The position numbers and the translations under genes were made by a program. A DNA stretch of 64,000 nt from positions 816,472-880,471 of the forward strand of contig CAWGYD010000001.1 in assembly GCA_963826785.1 (NCBI GenBank), read 5' to 3'. Under the pieces are notes generated by a model. The model was given only the letters and a program-made list of their open reading frames with translations, ran no database searches and was not told where the DNA came from. This DNA is from an uncultured delta proteobacterium (GTDB lineage Bacteria > Desulfobacterota > Desulfobacteria > Desulfobacterales > Desulfosalsimonadaceae). Positions 10,033-18,147 of this stretch are shown here, one piece after another; within the stretch, counting starts at the first letter, position 1, and each line of letters starts with the position of its first letter.

Positions 10033-10557
10033 ATGATCGACATTTCGTTTGAAATCGGTGGGAAGAAAGTTAATCCCAACAATATAGGTGATGCGCTTGA
10101 AAAAGCAATTCTGCAATCAGTAGTCGAAAATATTACAAAGAAACTTAGCACTGTTCGTTGCGCAGAGCATGGTCGTCAACCTCAAGTGAAAGTGAAGGGG
10201 CATAGTACTGATAAATTATCATTTGAAGTCAAAGGGTGTTGCCAGACACTCATTGACAACTCTCTCAAAAAATTAAGGAAAATATCAGGAGAAAACAATG
10301 AATGGTCCGCCGGAAGTACCTCCTCATGTCAAGCTCGCTCAAGAAAAGGCCGAATGGGATGCAAAACAAAAGGAAAAAACAAAATCTCAATATGTTGTTA
10401 TCACCGACATAGACATCCCATTCACGAAGCTTATAGGGTTTCTGGTAAAATTGGCAATTGCGGCCGTTCCTGCCGGTATAATTTTTGGCATTTTATGGAT
10501 GATACTTGCAACAGTATTTTTTGGTGGGGCAATGAAGTAGCAATCCAATTTGATTAA
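10033..10557 (+). CDS. Integron cassette ORF: small Cys-containing hypothetical protein (~82 aa; C-terminal read-through probably spurious)
   Basis: GGGAGG RBS, low GC, CAEHG..GCC; the 3' half overlaps the next ORF. Confidence 0.5.
   Translation: MIDISFEIGGKKVNPNNIGDALEKAILQSVVENITKKLSTVRCAEHGRQPQVKVKGHSTDKLSFEVKGCCQTLIDNSLKKLRKISGENNEWSAGSTSSCQARSRKGRMGCKTKGKNKISICCYHRHRHPIHEAYRVSGKIGNCGRSCRYNFWHFMDDTCNSIFWWGNEVAIQFD
10298..10540 (+). CDS. Integron cassette ORF: small membrane protein
   Basis: AGGAG RBS; VVITDIDIPF plus a C-terminal TM segment; attC follows. Confidence 0.65.
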   Translation: MNGPPEVPPHVKLAQEKAEWDAKQKEKTKSQYVVITDIDIPFTKLIGFLVKLAIAAVPAGIIFGILWMILATVFFGGAMK

Positions 10558-10601
10558 CCTATATTTGAAAGCGTCCTAATACTAACAAACTGAACGGAGT
10601 C

Positions 10602-10674
10602 GCCGAACGATCGGTTGCACATGGATTGCAATTCCGCTGCACTCCATTGCAAACCGTGAACCGAAGCGTTGGGC
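10602..10674 (+). repeat. Integron attC site 1
   Basis: GCCGAAC ... cggttgcacatggattgcaa / ttgcaaaccgtgaaccg ... GTTGGGC imperfect palindrome with extrahelical bases. Confidence 0.85.
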
Positions 10675-10694
10675 TTGAAATGAAAAGTTTGCTC

Positions 10695-11312
10695 ATGAGT
10701 AATGATATTCAAGCTATTTTTGAAAATATAAAGACTCAGTACGGAGATGTTGCAAGCTGGGCAGTATGGAAACGTCATAGAGGCAATAGTTTGGTATCGA
10801 ATATGGAAATAGAAGGTCTTTTTGATTTAGACATCAATTCTGAAATATTAGACCAGCTCAATAATAATATCATTATGGTTGGTTACAACTTTTCAATACC
10901 GCTGAATAATCCACCGAGATTTCATAATTTCCACACCTACAATGGTGCAAATATGAAACATAAGACCTTATGGAATGCATCAAAAATAAGATATGCTTTA
11001 ACAGGCACTCCGTGTTATGGAGCATACATGACTGATATAATAAAAAACTATGTTGAATCTAAATCGGAAAATGTGAAAACAGCCGACATTGATAACGACT
11101 TTAGGGTATTCCGCAAGGAACTTAAAACCTTACAATCTGATAAACCAACCATTATCGCTTTTGGAAGTAAAGTGTATAATTTGTTAAATAAACATTTAAA
11201 ATCTTATGAATATTCAAAATTAATTGGTGTAACACACTATGCTCATTACGGTGATGGCTGCGCAACTCATGAAGGATACAGAGCAAAAGTACTAGACCAA
11301 TTATCAAAATAA
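10695..11312 (+). CDS. Integron cassette ORF: uracil-DNA-glycosylase-like fold protein (tentative)
   Basis: AT-rich ORF between attC1 and attC2; IMVGYN, YMTDIIK, IIAFG and HYAHY resemble UDG-superfamily motifs. Confidence 0.6.
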   Translation: MSNDIQAIFENIKTQYGDVASWAVWKRHRGNSLVSNMEIEGLFDLDINSEILDQLNNNIIMVGYNFSIPLNNPPRFHNFHTYNGANMKHKTLWNASKIRYALTGTPCYGAYMTDIIKNYVESKSENVKTADIDNDFRVFRKELKTLQSDKPTIIAFGSKVYNLLNKHLKSYEYSKLIGVTHYAHYGDGCATHEGYRAKVLDQLSK

Positions 11313-11318
11313 ATGATG

Positions 11319-11406
11319 GCCCAACCACCGTCTCAACCAGATGCCGGATACTATGCGGTTTTTTAGCTGGCGTCCTTGGCGGCGCTGGTTAGCCGGAATG
11401 TTGGGC
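11319..11406 (+). repeat. Integron attC site 2
   Basis: GCCCAAC ... aaccag / ctggtt ... GTTGGGC, 6 bp after the stop codon. Confidence 0.8.
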
Positions 11407-11455
11407 GTTAAGGCAGGTACGGTTCAGAGAGCTATAAACGGAGGAGAACGCGCCT

Positions 11456-12139
11456 ATGAAAGAACGCGAGATGGAGGATCTTCTGTGGGAGCATCCCGAA
11501 AAGCTCCTCAACGAGCCGCTGAAGCAATTTCGCCGGCAGCCTCGGCGGCCCGGGATTGGACGAGCGGACCTAGTATTTACGGATAGGCTCGACCGTCTTC
11601 TCGTGATCGAAATAAAGCACGGCACTCTACCGCGGGGCGCGGTCCCGCAGGTGATCGATTATTTCGGCATGATGAAGAGGGAATTCCCCGATCGTCCGGT
11701 GGAAATGATGGTGGTTGCTAACGTGATTCCTGCCGAACGGCGAATCTCGTGCGAGCAGCATCACATTGAGCCGCGCGAGATCAGTGACAAAAAGTTTCGG
11801 GACGTCGCGAATGAAGTCGGCTACCTCATCCAGTCTGAACAGGGTCAATCGGCCGAACCGGTTGCCGTTGGCAATACACAGCCGGTCCCGTCAGGCCGCC
11901 TCGTCACAACACCCCCCGCCACTCCACACCCCCTCAAGGGCGAGGCCAAAGGGTTAGCGCGGAGCGGGATGCCGAGGTACGATGCGAATGGACGGATGTC
12001 CCCGGAGCGGAAGCGTCGAGTGGCCCTGAGGAAGGCGTTTGCAGCGAAAGGTTTGAGAATCGGGGCTGACCGCATTGATCCCCTCATCATGGCGGGGCTA
12101 TCGGACGACGAGATTATTCGCCGTCTGACCAACGTCTAA
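11456..12139 (+). CDS. Integron cassette ORF: NucS/DUF91-like PD-(D/E)xK endonuclease with a C-terminal extension
   Basis: EREMEDLL, GRADLVF, VIEIK, QVIDY; GGAG RBS. Confidence 0.75.
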   Translation: MKEREMEDLLWEHPEKLLNEPLKQFRRQPRRPGIGRADLVFTDRLDRLLVIEIKHGTLPRGAVPQVIDYFGMMKREFPDRPVEMMVVANVIPAERRISCEQHHIEPREISDKKFRDVANEVGYLIQSEQGQSAEPVAVGNTQPVPSGRLVTTPPATPHPLKGEAKGLARSGMPRYDANGRMSPERKRRVALRKAFAAKGLRIGADRIDPLIMAGLSDDEIIRRLTNV

Positions 12140-12192
12140 GCCAAGGACGATAGGCGGTGTCGGGTTTGCGAAGAGTCATACCAATTCGGATC

Positions 12193-12252
12193 GCCCAACA
12201 AGTCTAATGCAGCCGGCGCAAAAAGCAGCGCGGCTGATTAGCAGCGTTGGGC
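12193..12252 (+). repeat. Integron attC site 3 (60 bp)
   Basis: GCCCAAC aagtCTAATgCAGCCGgCGC-aaaaagca-GCGCGGCTGATTAG cagc GTTGGGC. Confidence 0.9.
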
Positions 12253-12360
12253 TCTTATATGCTGCGAGCTGGGATTCCGGGGACACCTTACTAAATTCCA
12301 ACCAGAAAATGCACCGAATAAAACCGGCGATAAATGGTGGTCAAATTTTAATTTTTGCTA

Positions 12361-12627
12361 TCAGGGTAGGTTTCTATAAATATCTTTTCGGTGACCGATC
12401 CTGACAACCAGTATTAAGAGGTCATCCTCTTGAATCTCATAAATTATCCGATAATCTCCCACACGGATTTTGTGAAAAGGATTGTCGCCCTTCATTTTGG
12501 TTGTATCCGGATTTGGAGGGCCTTCAGTCAGGCTGTCAATTTTCTCGGCGATACGCTTTCTGTCAGCTTTCGGGATTTTTTTGAGCGTTCCTGCAGCAGA
12601 CCTTTTGACCTCTATCCGATAACTCAA
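12361..12627 (-). CDS. Type II toxin, RelE/ParE family
   Basis: YRIEV, KIRVGDYRIIYEI, VRIGHRKDIYR. Confidence 0.93.
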   Translation of the reverse strand: MSYRIEVKRSAAGTLKKIPKADRKRIAEKIDSLTEGPPNPDTTKMKGDNPFHKIRVGDYRIIYEIQEDDLLILVVRIGHRKDIYRNLP

Positions 12628-12875
12628 AGTTCAAGGTCCTTTTTCAACTCTTCCCAGGGTATTGGATCACCTGGTTCTTTTTTGGCCTTCCAGGCATCCT
12701 CGATATCTATTTGATCTTCTAATTCCTGCAATAGTTTAAGTTCCTTCATCGAAACAAGAGCGGCAATCGGCTCCCCCCGGCGTGTCAGAACAAATGATTC
12801 ATTTCCGAAGGCAACTCTGTTGATGATGTTTGAAAACTTTTTTCTGGCGTCGGCGGTCGTGATTTTGTTGAGCAT
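12624..12875 (-). CDS. Type II antitoxin, Phd/YefM family
   Basis: ARKKFSNIINRV, LTRRGEPIAALVS; 4-bp overlap with the toxin. Confidence 0.92.
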   Translation of the reverse strand: MLNKITTADARKKFSNIINRVAFGNESFVLTRRGEPIAALVSMKELKLLQELEDQIDIEDAWKAKKEPGDPIPWEELKKDLEL

Positions 12876-12890
12876 AACAAGCACCTCAAA

Positions 12891-12914
12891 TGTACAATTT
12901 GGTTAATTTGTACA
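12891..12914. promoter_or_regulatory. Putative TA autorepression operator (two TGTACA palindromes)
   Basis: TGTACA at 12891 and 12909 just upstream of the antitoxin; same core as yefM-type operators. Confidence 0.55.
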
Positions 12915-13140
12915 AAATGTAAATATATATTCGTAAATTGTCAACCAATACAATCGATCACCTCAATGAATCTGCACGCGCAATAGCGGAGGCGGAAAAC
13001 CGGGAAATCCGGCTGTATGAGAAATACAAAGCGCATTGCAGCTACGGTGTATATATTCTAAGAAAGCTGGATCCGCAAAACGCCGGCACAAATTCTTCTG
13101 GCACATGAACCCTTGCTGCATCAATGAATGGAGTGACGCC

Positions 13141-13674
13141 ATGTTTATCGAACTTGCCACCAGACGCAGAAGCATTCGACAGTTCCAGAATCGGCCAATT
13201 GAAAAGGAAAAGGTCGATTTGCTCCTCGAGGCGGCCCTGCGGTCGCCTTCTTCCCGCGGACTCAACCCCTGGCGGTTTATCGTGGTGGACGATCCCAGAA
13301 TCATTGCAAACCTGTCTGCGGCCAAACCCCACGGAGCGGCTTTTTTGAAAAATGCCCCCCTTGCCGTGGTGATCTGTGCCGAGCCGGAAATTTCGGACGT
13401 GTGGGTGGAGGACGCGGCCATCGCATCGATTTTTGTTCACCTGGCGGCAACCGATCTGGGGCTGGGCAGCTGCTGGATCCAGATCCGGGGCCGCGACCAC
13501 GATGCAAAGCAGTCGGCGGGCGCCTTTATCGCCGGACTTCTGGGCATCCCGGAAGGGGTCGAAGTCGAATCGATCATGGCCATCGGCTATGCCGCCGAGG
13601 AAAAAGCGGCCCATCCCACAGACCGCCTGCTCTACGACAGGGTGAGTTACAACGCCTATGGCCGCACGCGCTGA
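13141..13674 (+). CDS. Nitroreductase family protein
   Basis: RRSIRQF, SPSSRGLNPWRF, LGLGSCWIQ. Confidence 0.93.
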   Translation: MFIELATRRRSIRQFQNRPIEKEKVDLLLEAALRSPSSRGLNPWRFIVVDDPRIIANLSAAKPHGAAFLKNAPLAVVICAEPEISDVWVEDAAIASIFVHLAATDLGLGSCWIQIRGRDHDAKQSAGAFIAGLLGIPEGVEVESIMAIGYAAEEKAAHPTDRLLYDRVSYNAYGRTR

Positions 13675-13761
13675 TATGCCCGTCAGCTTATAGGCATTGA
13701 ACGCGCGCGCCGGGAAGTGCCAGGGGGGGCTTAAAATTTTCATCGGATCATCATTTTCAGG

Positions 13762-13807
13762 TTGACAACAAAATCTTTTTCCGGTTATTTTTTCGAGCAT
13801 ATGCACA
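13762..13807 (+). promoter_or_regulatory. Sigma70-type promoter immediately followed by operator copy 3
   Basis: TTGACA-N18-TATTTT then CGAGCATATGCACA (13794-13807). Confidence 0.65.
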
Positions 13808-13928
13808 ATATGAAATTGTGCGGGTAAGCCGTTTTTTGCTGTCCTGATCGATGCGCCTGTGAAAGGCGTTGCCCAATTTTTGTGATCAAGCGGCAGCATT
13901 ATTCAAAATAGTAATTATAGCCAATTTC

Positions 13929-13977
13929 AAGCCACGAAGGCCGTATTCCGATGGATCGGGTCTTCGTGGCTTTTTTT
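13929..13977 (+). terminator. Leader terminator upstream of the TonB receptor (possible attenuator)
   Basis: AAGCCACGAAGGCC...GGTCTTCGTGGCTT plus T-tract, located between promoter and start codon. Confidence 0.65.
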
Positions 13978-14033
13978 GTGCGCAGAACCCGGATCCGATT
14001 GACATGCAAACTGATACGGAAAGGTACTGTGAC

Positions 14034-15986
14034 ATGAAAAAATTGAAGCACCTGCTGGCGGCCATGATGATTTTTTTATCCGGCGCCGGCGGTATGGACG
14101 TTCATGCGGAGGAGGCCGCGGCCCAAAGCGTTGAACTGGAGGAAATCAAAATCACGGCATCGCCCATCATCGAGGGAAACCAGGTGGACCGGTATGCCGC
14201 TCCGAAAACCGTGGTCAGCCAAACCCAGATCGAGGACCTGAATGCACAGGATCTGAGCGCTGCGCTTCGAATGTCGCCCGGGGTGAACATTTCCCGCTAC
14301 AATCCGGTGGGGGCGTTCGGCGGCGGGGAGGGGGGCGCCGTGTTCATCCGCGGGATGGGCTCCAGCCGGCCGGGCGCGGAAATCAAGACCTATGTGGACG
14401 GCGTCCCCATGTACATGAGCGTGTGGAACCATCCGCTGCTCGACCTGCTGGCCGTGGACCCGGCCGCGGCCATCGAGGTCTACAAATCCCCCCAGCCCCA
14501 GTATTTCGGCAATGCGGCCGCAGCCATCAATATTGTCCCCAAACAGAAAACGACCCCGGGCTTCACCACACATGCGGAACTGGCGGGCGGCAGCTTCGGC
14601 ACCGCCGTGGGACGTGCGGAGACCGGCGGAAGGGTCGATCGGTTCGATTACTACCTGGGCGGGGGATACCGGCGTTCAGACGGGCACCGGGACCATAGCG
14701 AAGGCAAAACCGGCAACGTGTTCGGCCGCACGGGATACGAGATGTCTCAAAACTGGGACCTCTACTTTTTCGGGCTGTATACGGATAATTCCGCCGAGGA
14801 CCCGGGGGCGAAGGGTGCAAAACCGGCCGAACGGCTGGGAACGTATGAGACCCGCGCCTGGCTGGCCAGCATGACCCTGTCCAACCACTATGCCCATGCG
14901 AACGGATATCTGAAGGTCTACCGCAACGCCGGGGAGGGGGACTGGCTCGATCAGCCGTATGATGAAAATCTCAGGGAGGACCTGTACAACGACTTCAGGT
15001 TTTACGGTATTAAGGCCAAAGAGACGTTTGGGTTCGGGGAAGGGGGCGAACTGATCACCGGCCTGGACTGGGAGAATACCCAGGGGGACTACAATGAAGC
15101 GCTCAGCGACGGCACCTCGGATCGATGGGACGGTGAAGATTTTTCTCTGCTGATGCCCTATGCGGCCTTAAGCCAGCGTTTCGGTGATGAAAATGGCTGC
15201 TATGTTATTCCCTCGGCAGGGGCTCGGTATTATGACCATACGGATTTCGAAGCTAAATGGGCCCCCTTTGCCGGCCTGGTGGTCGGCTACGGAAACATCA
15301 AGACCCATGCGGGATATTCGCGGGGCGTAGTCTATCCGGGTCTGGATGTGGTGGTCTTTTCCGAAAAGGTGATCCCCATGCTGGCAGACACCTGGAAAAA
15401 CCTGGACCCGGAAATCGTGGACCATTATGAAGCCGGAATATCGTACCTGCTCGGGGAAAAGGCCGCTGTCGACCTGACCTGGTTTTACAATGACGGAAAA
15501 GACCGGTACGTGGTGGTCCCCCCGCCGCCGCCCCCGCCCGTTTACGCCAATATCGGCGAATATGTCACCCGGGGAGTCGAAGCGGATCTGCAGTACTATC
15601 CGGACGTAAACCTGTCTTTCTTTTTCGGGGCCACCCTGATGGACACGGATCCGTCCGATCTGCCCTATGCGCCGGAGGTTACCCTTTCCGCAGGTGCCAA
15701 CTGGCGGTTTCTTAAATGTTTCACACTCAACCTGGACGGCCAGTATCTCGATGACATGACGGTGAATTCCCAGGCCCGGCGGGCCGGCGCGGAAAACACA
15801 AACCGGGTGGACAGCTACTTCATTTTAAATGGCAAGCTTTCCCGGGAATTTCAACTGGCCGGTTCAAAGCTGTCTGGAAGTGTTTTCGTGGCCGGAGAGA
15901 ATCTGACCGACACGGATTATGAATACCAGCCCGGCTATCCCATGCCCGGCATCAACGGCATGGCCGGCGTTACCCTGACGTTCTGA
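14034..15986 (+). CDS. TonB-dependent outer-membrane receptor
   Basis: Signal peptide, plug (IRGMG, VDGVP, IEVYK), ENLTD, C-terminal Phe. Confidence 0.93.
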   Translation: MKKLKHLLAAMMIFLSGAGGMDVHAEEAAAQSVELEEIKITASPIIEGNQVDRYAAPKTVVSQTQIEDLNAQDLSAALRMSPGVNISRYNPVGAFGGGEGGAVFIRGMGSSRPGAEIKTYVDGVPMYMSVWNHPLLDLLAVDPAAAIEVYKSPQPQYFGNAAAAINIVPKQKTTPGFTTHAELAGGSFGTAVGRAETGGRVDRFDYYLGGGYRRSDGHRDHSEGKTGNVFGRTGYEMSQNWDLYFFGLYTDNSAEDPGAKGAKPAERLGTYETRAWLASMTLSNHYAHANGYLKVYRNAGEGDWLDQPYDENLREDLYNDFRFYGIKAKETFGFGEGGELITGLDWENTQGDYNEALSDGTSDRWDGEDFSLLMPYAALSQRFGDENGCYVIPSAGARYYDHTDFEAKWAPFAGLVVGYGNIKTHAGYSRGVVYPGLDVVVFSEKVIPMLADTWKNLDPEIVDHYEAGISYLLGEKAAVDLTWFYNDGKDRYVVVPPPPPPPVYANIGEYVTRGVEADLQYYPDVNLSFFFGATLMDTDPSDLPYAPEVTLSAGANWRFLKCFTLNLDGQYLDDMTVNSQARRAGAENTNRVDSYFILNGKLSREFQLAGSKLSGSVFVAGENLTDTDYEYQPGYPMPGINGMAGVTLTF

Positions 15987-16000
15987 AGAGGAGGATTCAA

Positions 16001-17632
16001 ATGTTTGAGAAAGGAAATATTTTTACCGATTCGAACAAATTTCCAGGTCTCACCGTATCTGTGGAAGCGGAAGCCGGGATTCAGCATCTCCCGGCATCAC
16101 TGGATTCCCGCCTTTGCAGGAATGACGGCAAAGACATACGCCCCCCTTTCGGAAAGGAAGGAAGGGGGGGATTTTACGCAAGCACGCTTTGGCTGTGTCT
16201 TTTCATCCTGCTGGCGTGGGCATCGTCTGCTGCCGGGCACGGCATCGAGGTCCCCGTGATCGTGGACACGGACGGCGCCCTGGATGATATCCGGGCGGTG
16301 GCCATGCTGCTGAACACCAGCGGTAGTGTGCGGTTGATCGTCACCTCCGACGGCGTCCTGTCCCCGGAATCGGCCAAAACGAATATGAACCGGGTGCTAA
16401 AGGCCCTGGATCGCAGCGATATCCCCGTGGCAACGGGCCGCGGGCTTACGGCCGATCCACCGCCTTTCAGGGCATTCAACCAGTCTTTGATTCCCGCTTC
16501 ATCATCGCCCCCGGAAACCGGGCCGCCCGCAGAAAAGGTCATCCGGGAAACGCTTTCGGAAACCGATGAGGTCATCTACCTATGTCTAGGCCCCATGACC
16601 AACCTGGCCGACGCCTTGAACGCCGATCCCGGGGCGGCCAAAAAGATTAACCGGGTGATCTACCTGGGCGATGCCCCGGATTCGGCGCATCCGGGATGGA
16701 ATACCCTTCGGGATGAGGCCTCGGCGCGGGCGGTGTTTGCATCAGGCGTTCCCGTTTACGCCATCGCCCTGCCGGATGACGAATATCTGGGATTTGACCA
16801 GCGGACATATGAAGGGATCTGCAGGATATCGACCCCTGCGGCCCGCCTGCTGTGCCAAATACATGCAGCAGACGCCGTCCAGGCGCGGATTGCCGAAAAT
16901 CATCTGCGCATCTGGGATGAAATGGCGGTGATGTACATGAACCGTCCGGAATATTTCAGCTATGATGTCTTTTCAGGCGGGGGCGGCTACCGCCGGGTGG
17001 GCCATGCGGACCTGGCGGCCATCCGCGCGGCTTACCTGAAACTCCTGGAAAATCCGGCCGATTTTCATCTGCACGCGCGAGAAAGCGTGGTATTGCGCGA
17101 ATTTCCCGCCGATCCCGGCCTGTTCCGGGATGATGTCGCCCCCCGGGCGGCGGAAATCATCAATGCCCACGGCCTGGAAGAGTGGAAAGCCTGTCTGCTG
17201 ACCAATGAACTGCACCGGCACCTGGGCATCTATTCTCTGGTGGGGGCCAAGATGGGCATCTACGCCCGGGAATTGCTCGAGGCGCCCTTTGACACCCTCA
17301 CGGTCGTCTCCCATGCGGGATCAGCGCCGCCGTTGAGCTGCCTGAACGACGGGCTGCAGGTGTCCACCGGCGCCAGCCTCGGCAGGGGGACCATTAGCGT
17401 AAATCCCGATGGGCATCAACCTGCGGCGGAATTCATCTATCGCGGCATGGTCCTTACGCTGACCCTCAAGCCGGAATATGTGAAACAGATCCGGGCGGAC
17501 ATCTCGGCGGCCCTGGACCGGTTCGGGACCACCAGCCCGGCGTATTTCGCACATGTCCGCAGCCTTTCCATCGATTACTGGCGAAAGTTCGACCGCACCC
17601 GAATGTTTGATGCCGCCTGGCAGCGCCAATAG
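16001..17632 (+). CDS. Nucleoside-hydrolase-like domain fused to an FmdE domain; N-terminus contains in-frame repeat sequence
   Basis: VIVDTDGALDD, LGPMTNLA, WN, WDE; C-terminal ELHRHLG, SCLNDGLQVSTGASLG. Confidence 0.8.
   Translation: MFEKGNIFTDSNKFPGLTVSVEAEAGIQHLPASLDSRLCRNDGKDIRPPFGKEGRGGFYASTLWLCLFILLAWASSAAGHGIEVPVIVDTDGALDDIRAVAMLLNTSGSVRLIVTSDGVLSPESAKTNMNRVLKALDRSDIPVATGRGLTADPPPFRAFNQSLIPASSSPPETGPPAEKVIRETLSETDEVIYLCLGPMTNLADALNADPGAAKKINRVIYLGDAPDSAHPGWNTLRDEASARAVFASGVPVYAIALPDDEYLGFDQRTYEGICRISTPAARLLCQIHAADAVQARIAENHLRIWDEMAVMYMNRPEYFSYDVFSGGGGYRRVGHADLAAIRAAYLKLLENPADFHLHARESVVLREFPADPGLFRDDVAPRAAEIINAHGLEEWKACLLTNELHRHLGIYSLVGAKMGIYARELLEAPFDTLTVVSHAGSAPPLSCLNDGLQVSTGASLGRGTISVNPDGHQPAAEFIYRGMVLTLTLKPEYVKQIRADISAALDRFGTTSPAYFAHVRSLSIDYWRKFDRTRMFDAAWQRQ
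16061..16175 (+). repeat. Two short REP/RPE-like repeats inside the 5' coding region
   Basis: CTGGATTCCCGCCTTTGCAGGAATGAC (16100-16126) and CCCCCCTTTCGGAAAGGAAGGAAGGGGGGGATTT (16141-16174). Confidence 0.6.
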
Positions 17633-17646
17633 CGGCAGTTCGATGA

Positions 17647-18021
17647 TCAGCCCTTGATTACCCGGATGCCGCTTTTTGCTGCCGCCTGCTGACGGATGTT
17701 TTTCAGCTGCTCGGCAAGGTCCATGCAGTGGCCCCTTAAAAATCGGGGGTCACCTTCCTGGAGGGGATCGATATTCCGGTAAAAGTATTGAAAAATGGGG
17801 CCGGAATGGCGCTGATTCAGTTTTTGAAGCAAAAGGGCCAGCCGGCGGGCGGTGGAGAAATATTGACCGATGTCGATGGTATCGGAAACCACATGATGGA
17901 GAAGATCGGTGAGTTCCCTGCATGAAGAGGGGTCTGAGCGCATGGCCATTTCCGAATGCGAAAGGGCCTGCGTCCATTTTTGCTTAAGTTCGGCAATGGT
18001 GACCGGTGTCATGCCGTTCAT
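17647..18021 (-). CDS. Hypothetical helical protein
   Basis: 124-aa ORF with RBS-like GGAC; no family recognised. Confidence 0.55.
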   Translation of the reverse strand: MNGMTPVTIAELKQKWTQALSHSEMAMRSDPSSCRELTDLLHHVVSDTIDIGQYFSTARRLALLLQKLNQRHSGPIFQYFYRNIDPLQEGDPRFLRGHCMDLAEQLKNIRQQAAAKSGIRVIKG

Positions 18022-18147
18022 GGTTTTGTCCCCGGAGAGGTTGGTAAACCCGCCGCGGATCGCGAGAAATCGAAAGACGGAGGTAGATTTTCTTCTGATT
18101 TCTTTATAAGATCCGCGACAGGTACACCAATGGAGGAAACATATGCA

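Noticed and set aside
10602..12252. CRISPR array
   Set aside because: The repeats are long imperfect palindromes separated by whole ORFs (attC sites). No regular repeat-spacer array or cas gene was seen in the window.
12275..12358. REP or transposon-end-like motif ttccggggacaccttactaaattc after attC3
   Set aside because: Single copy with no associated transposase; cannot be supported from this window.
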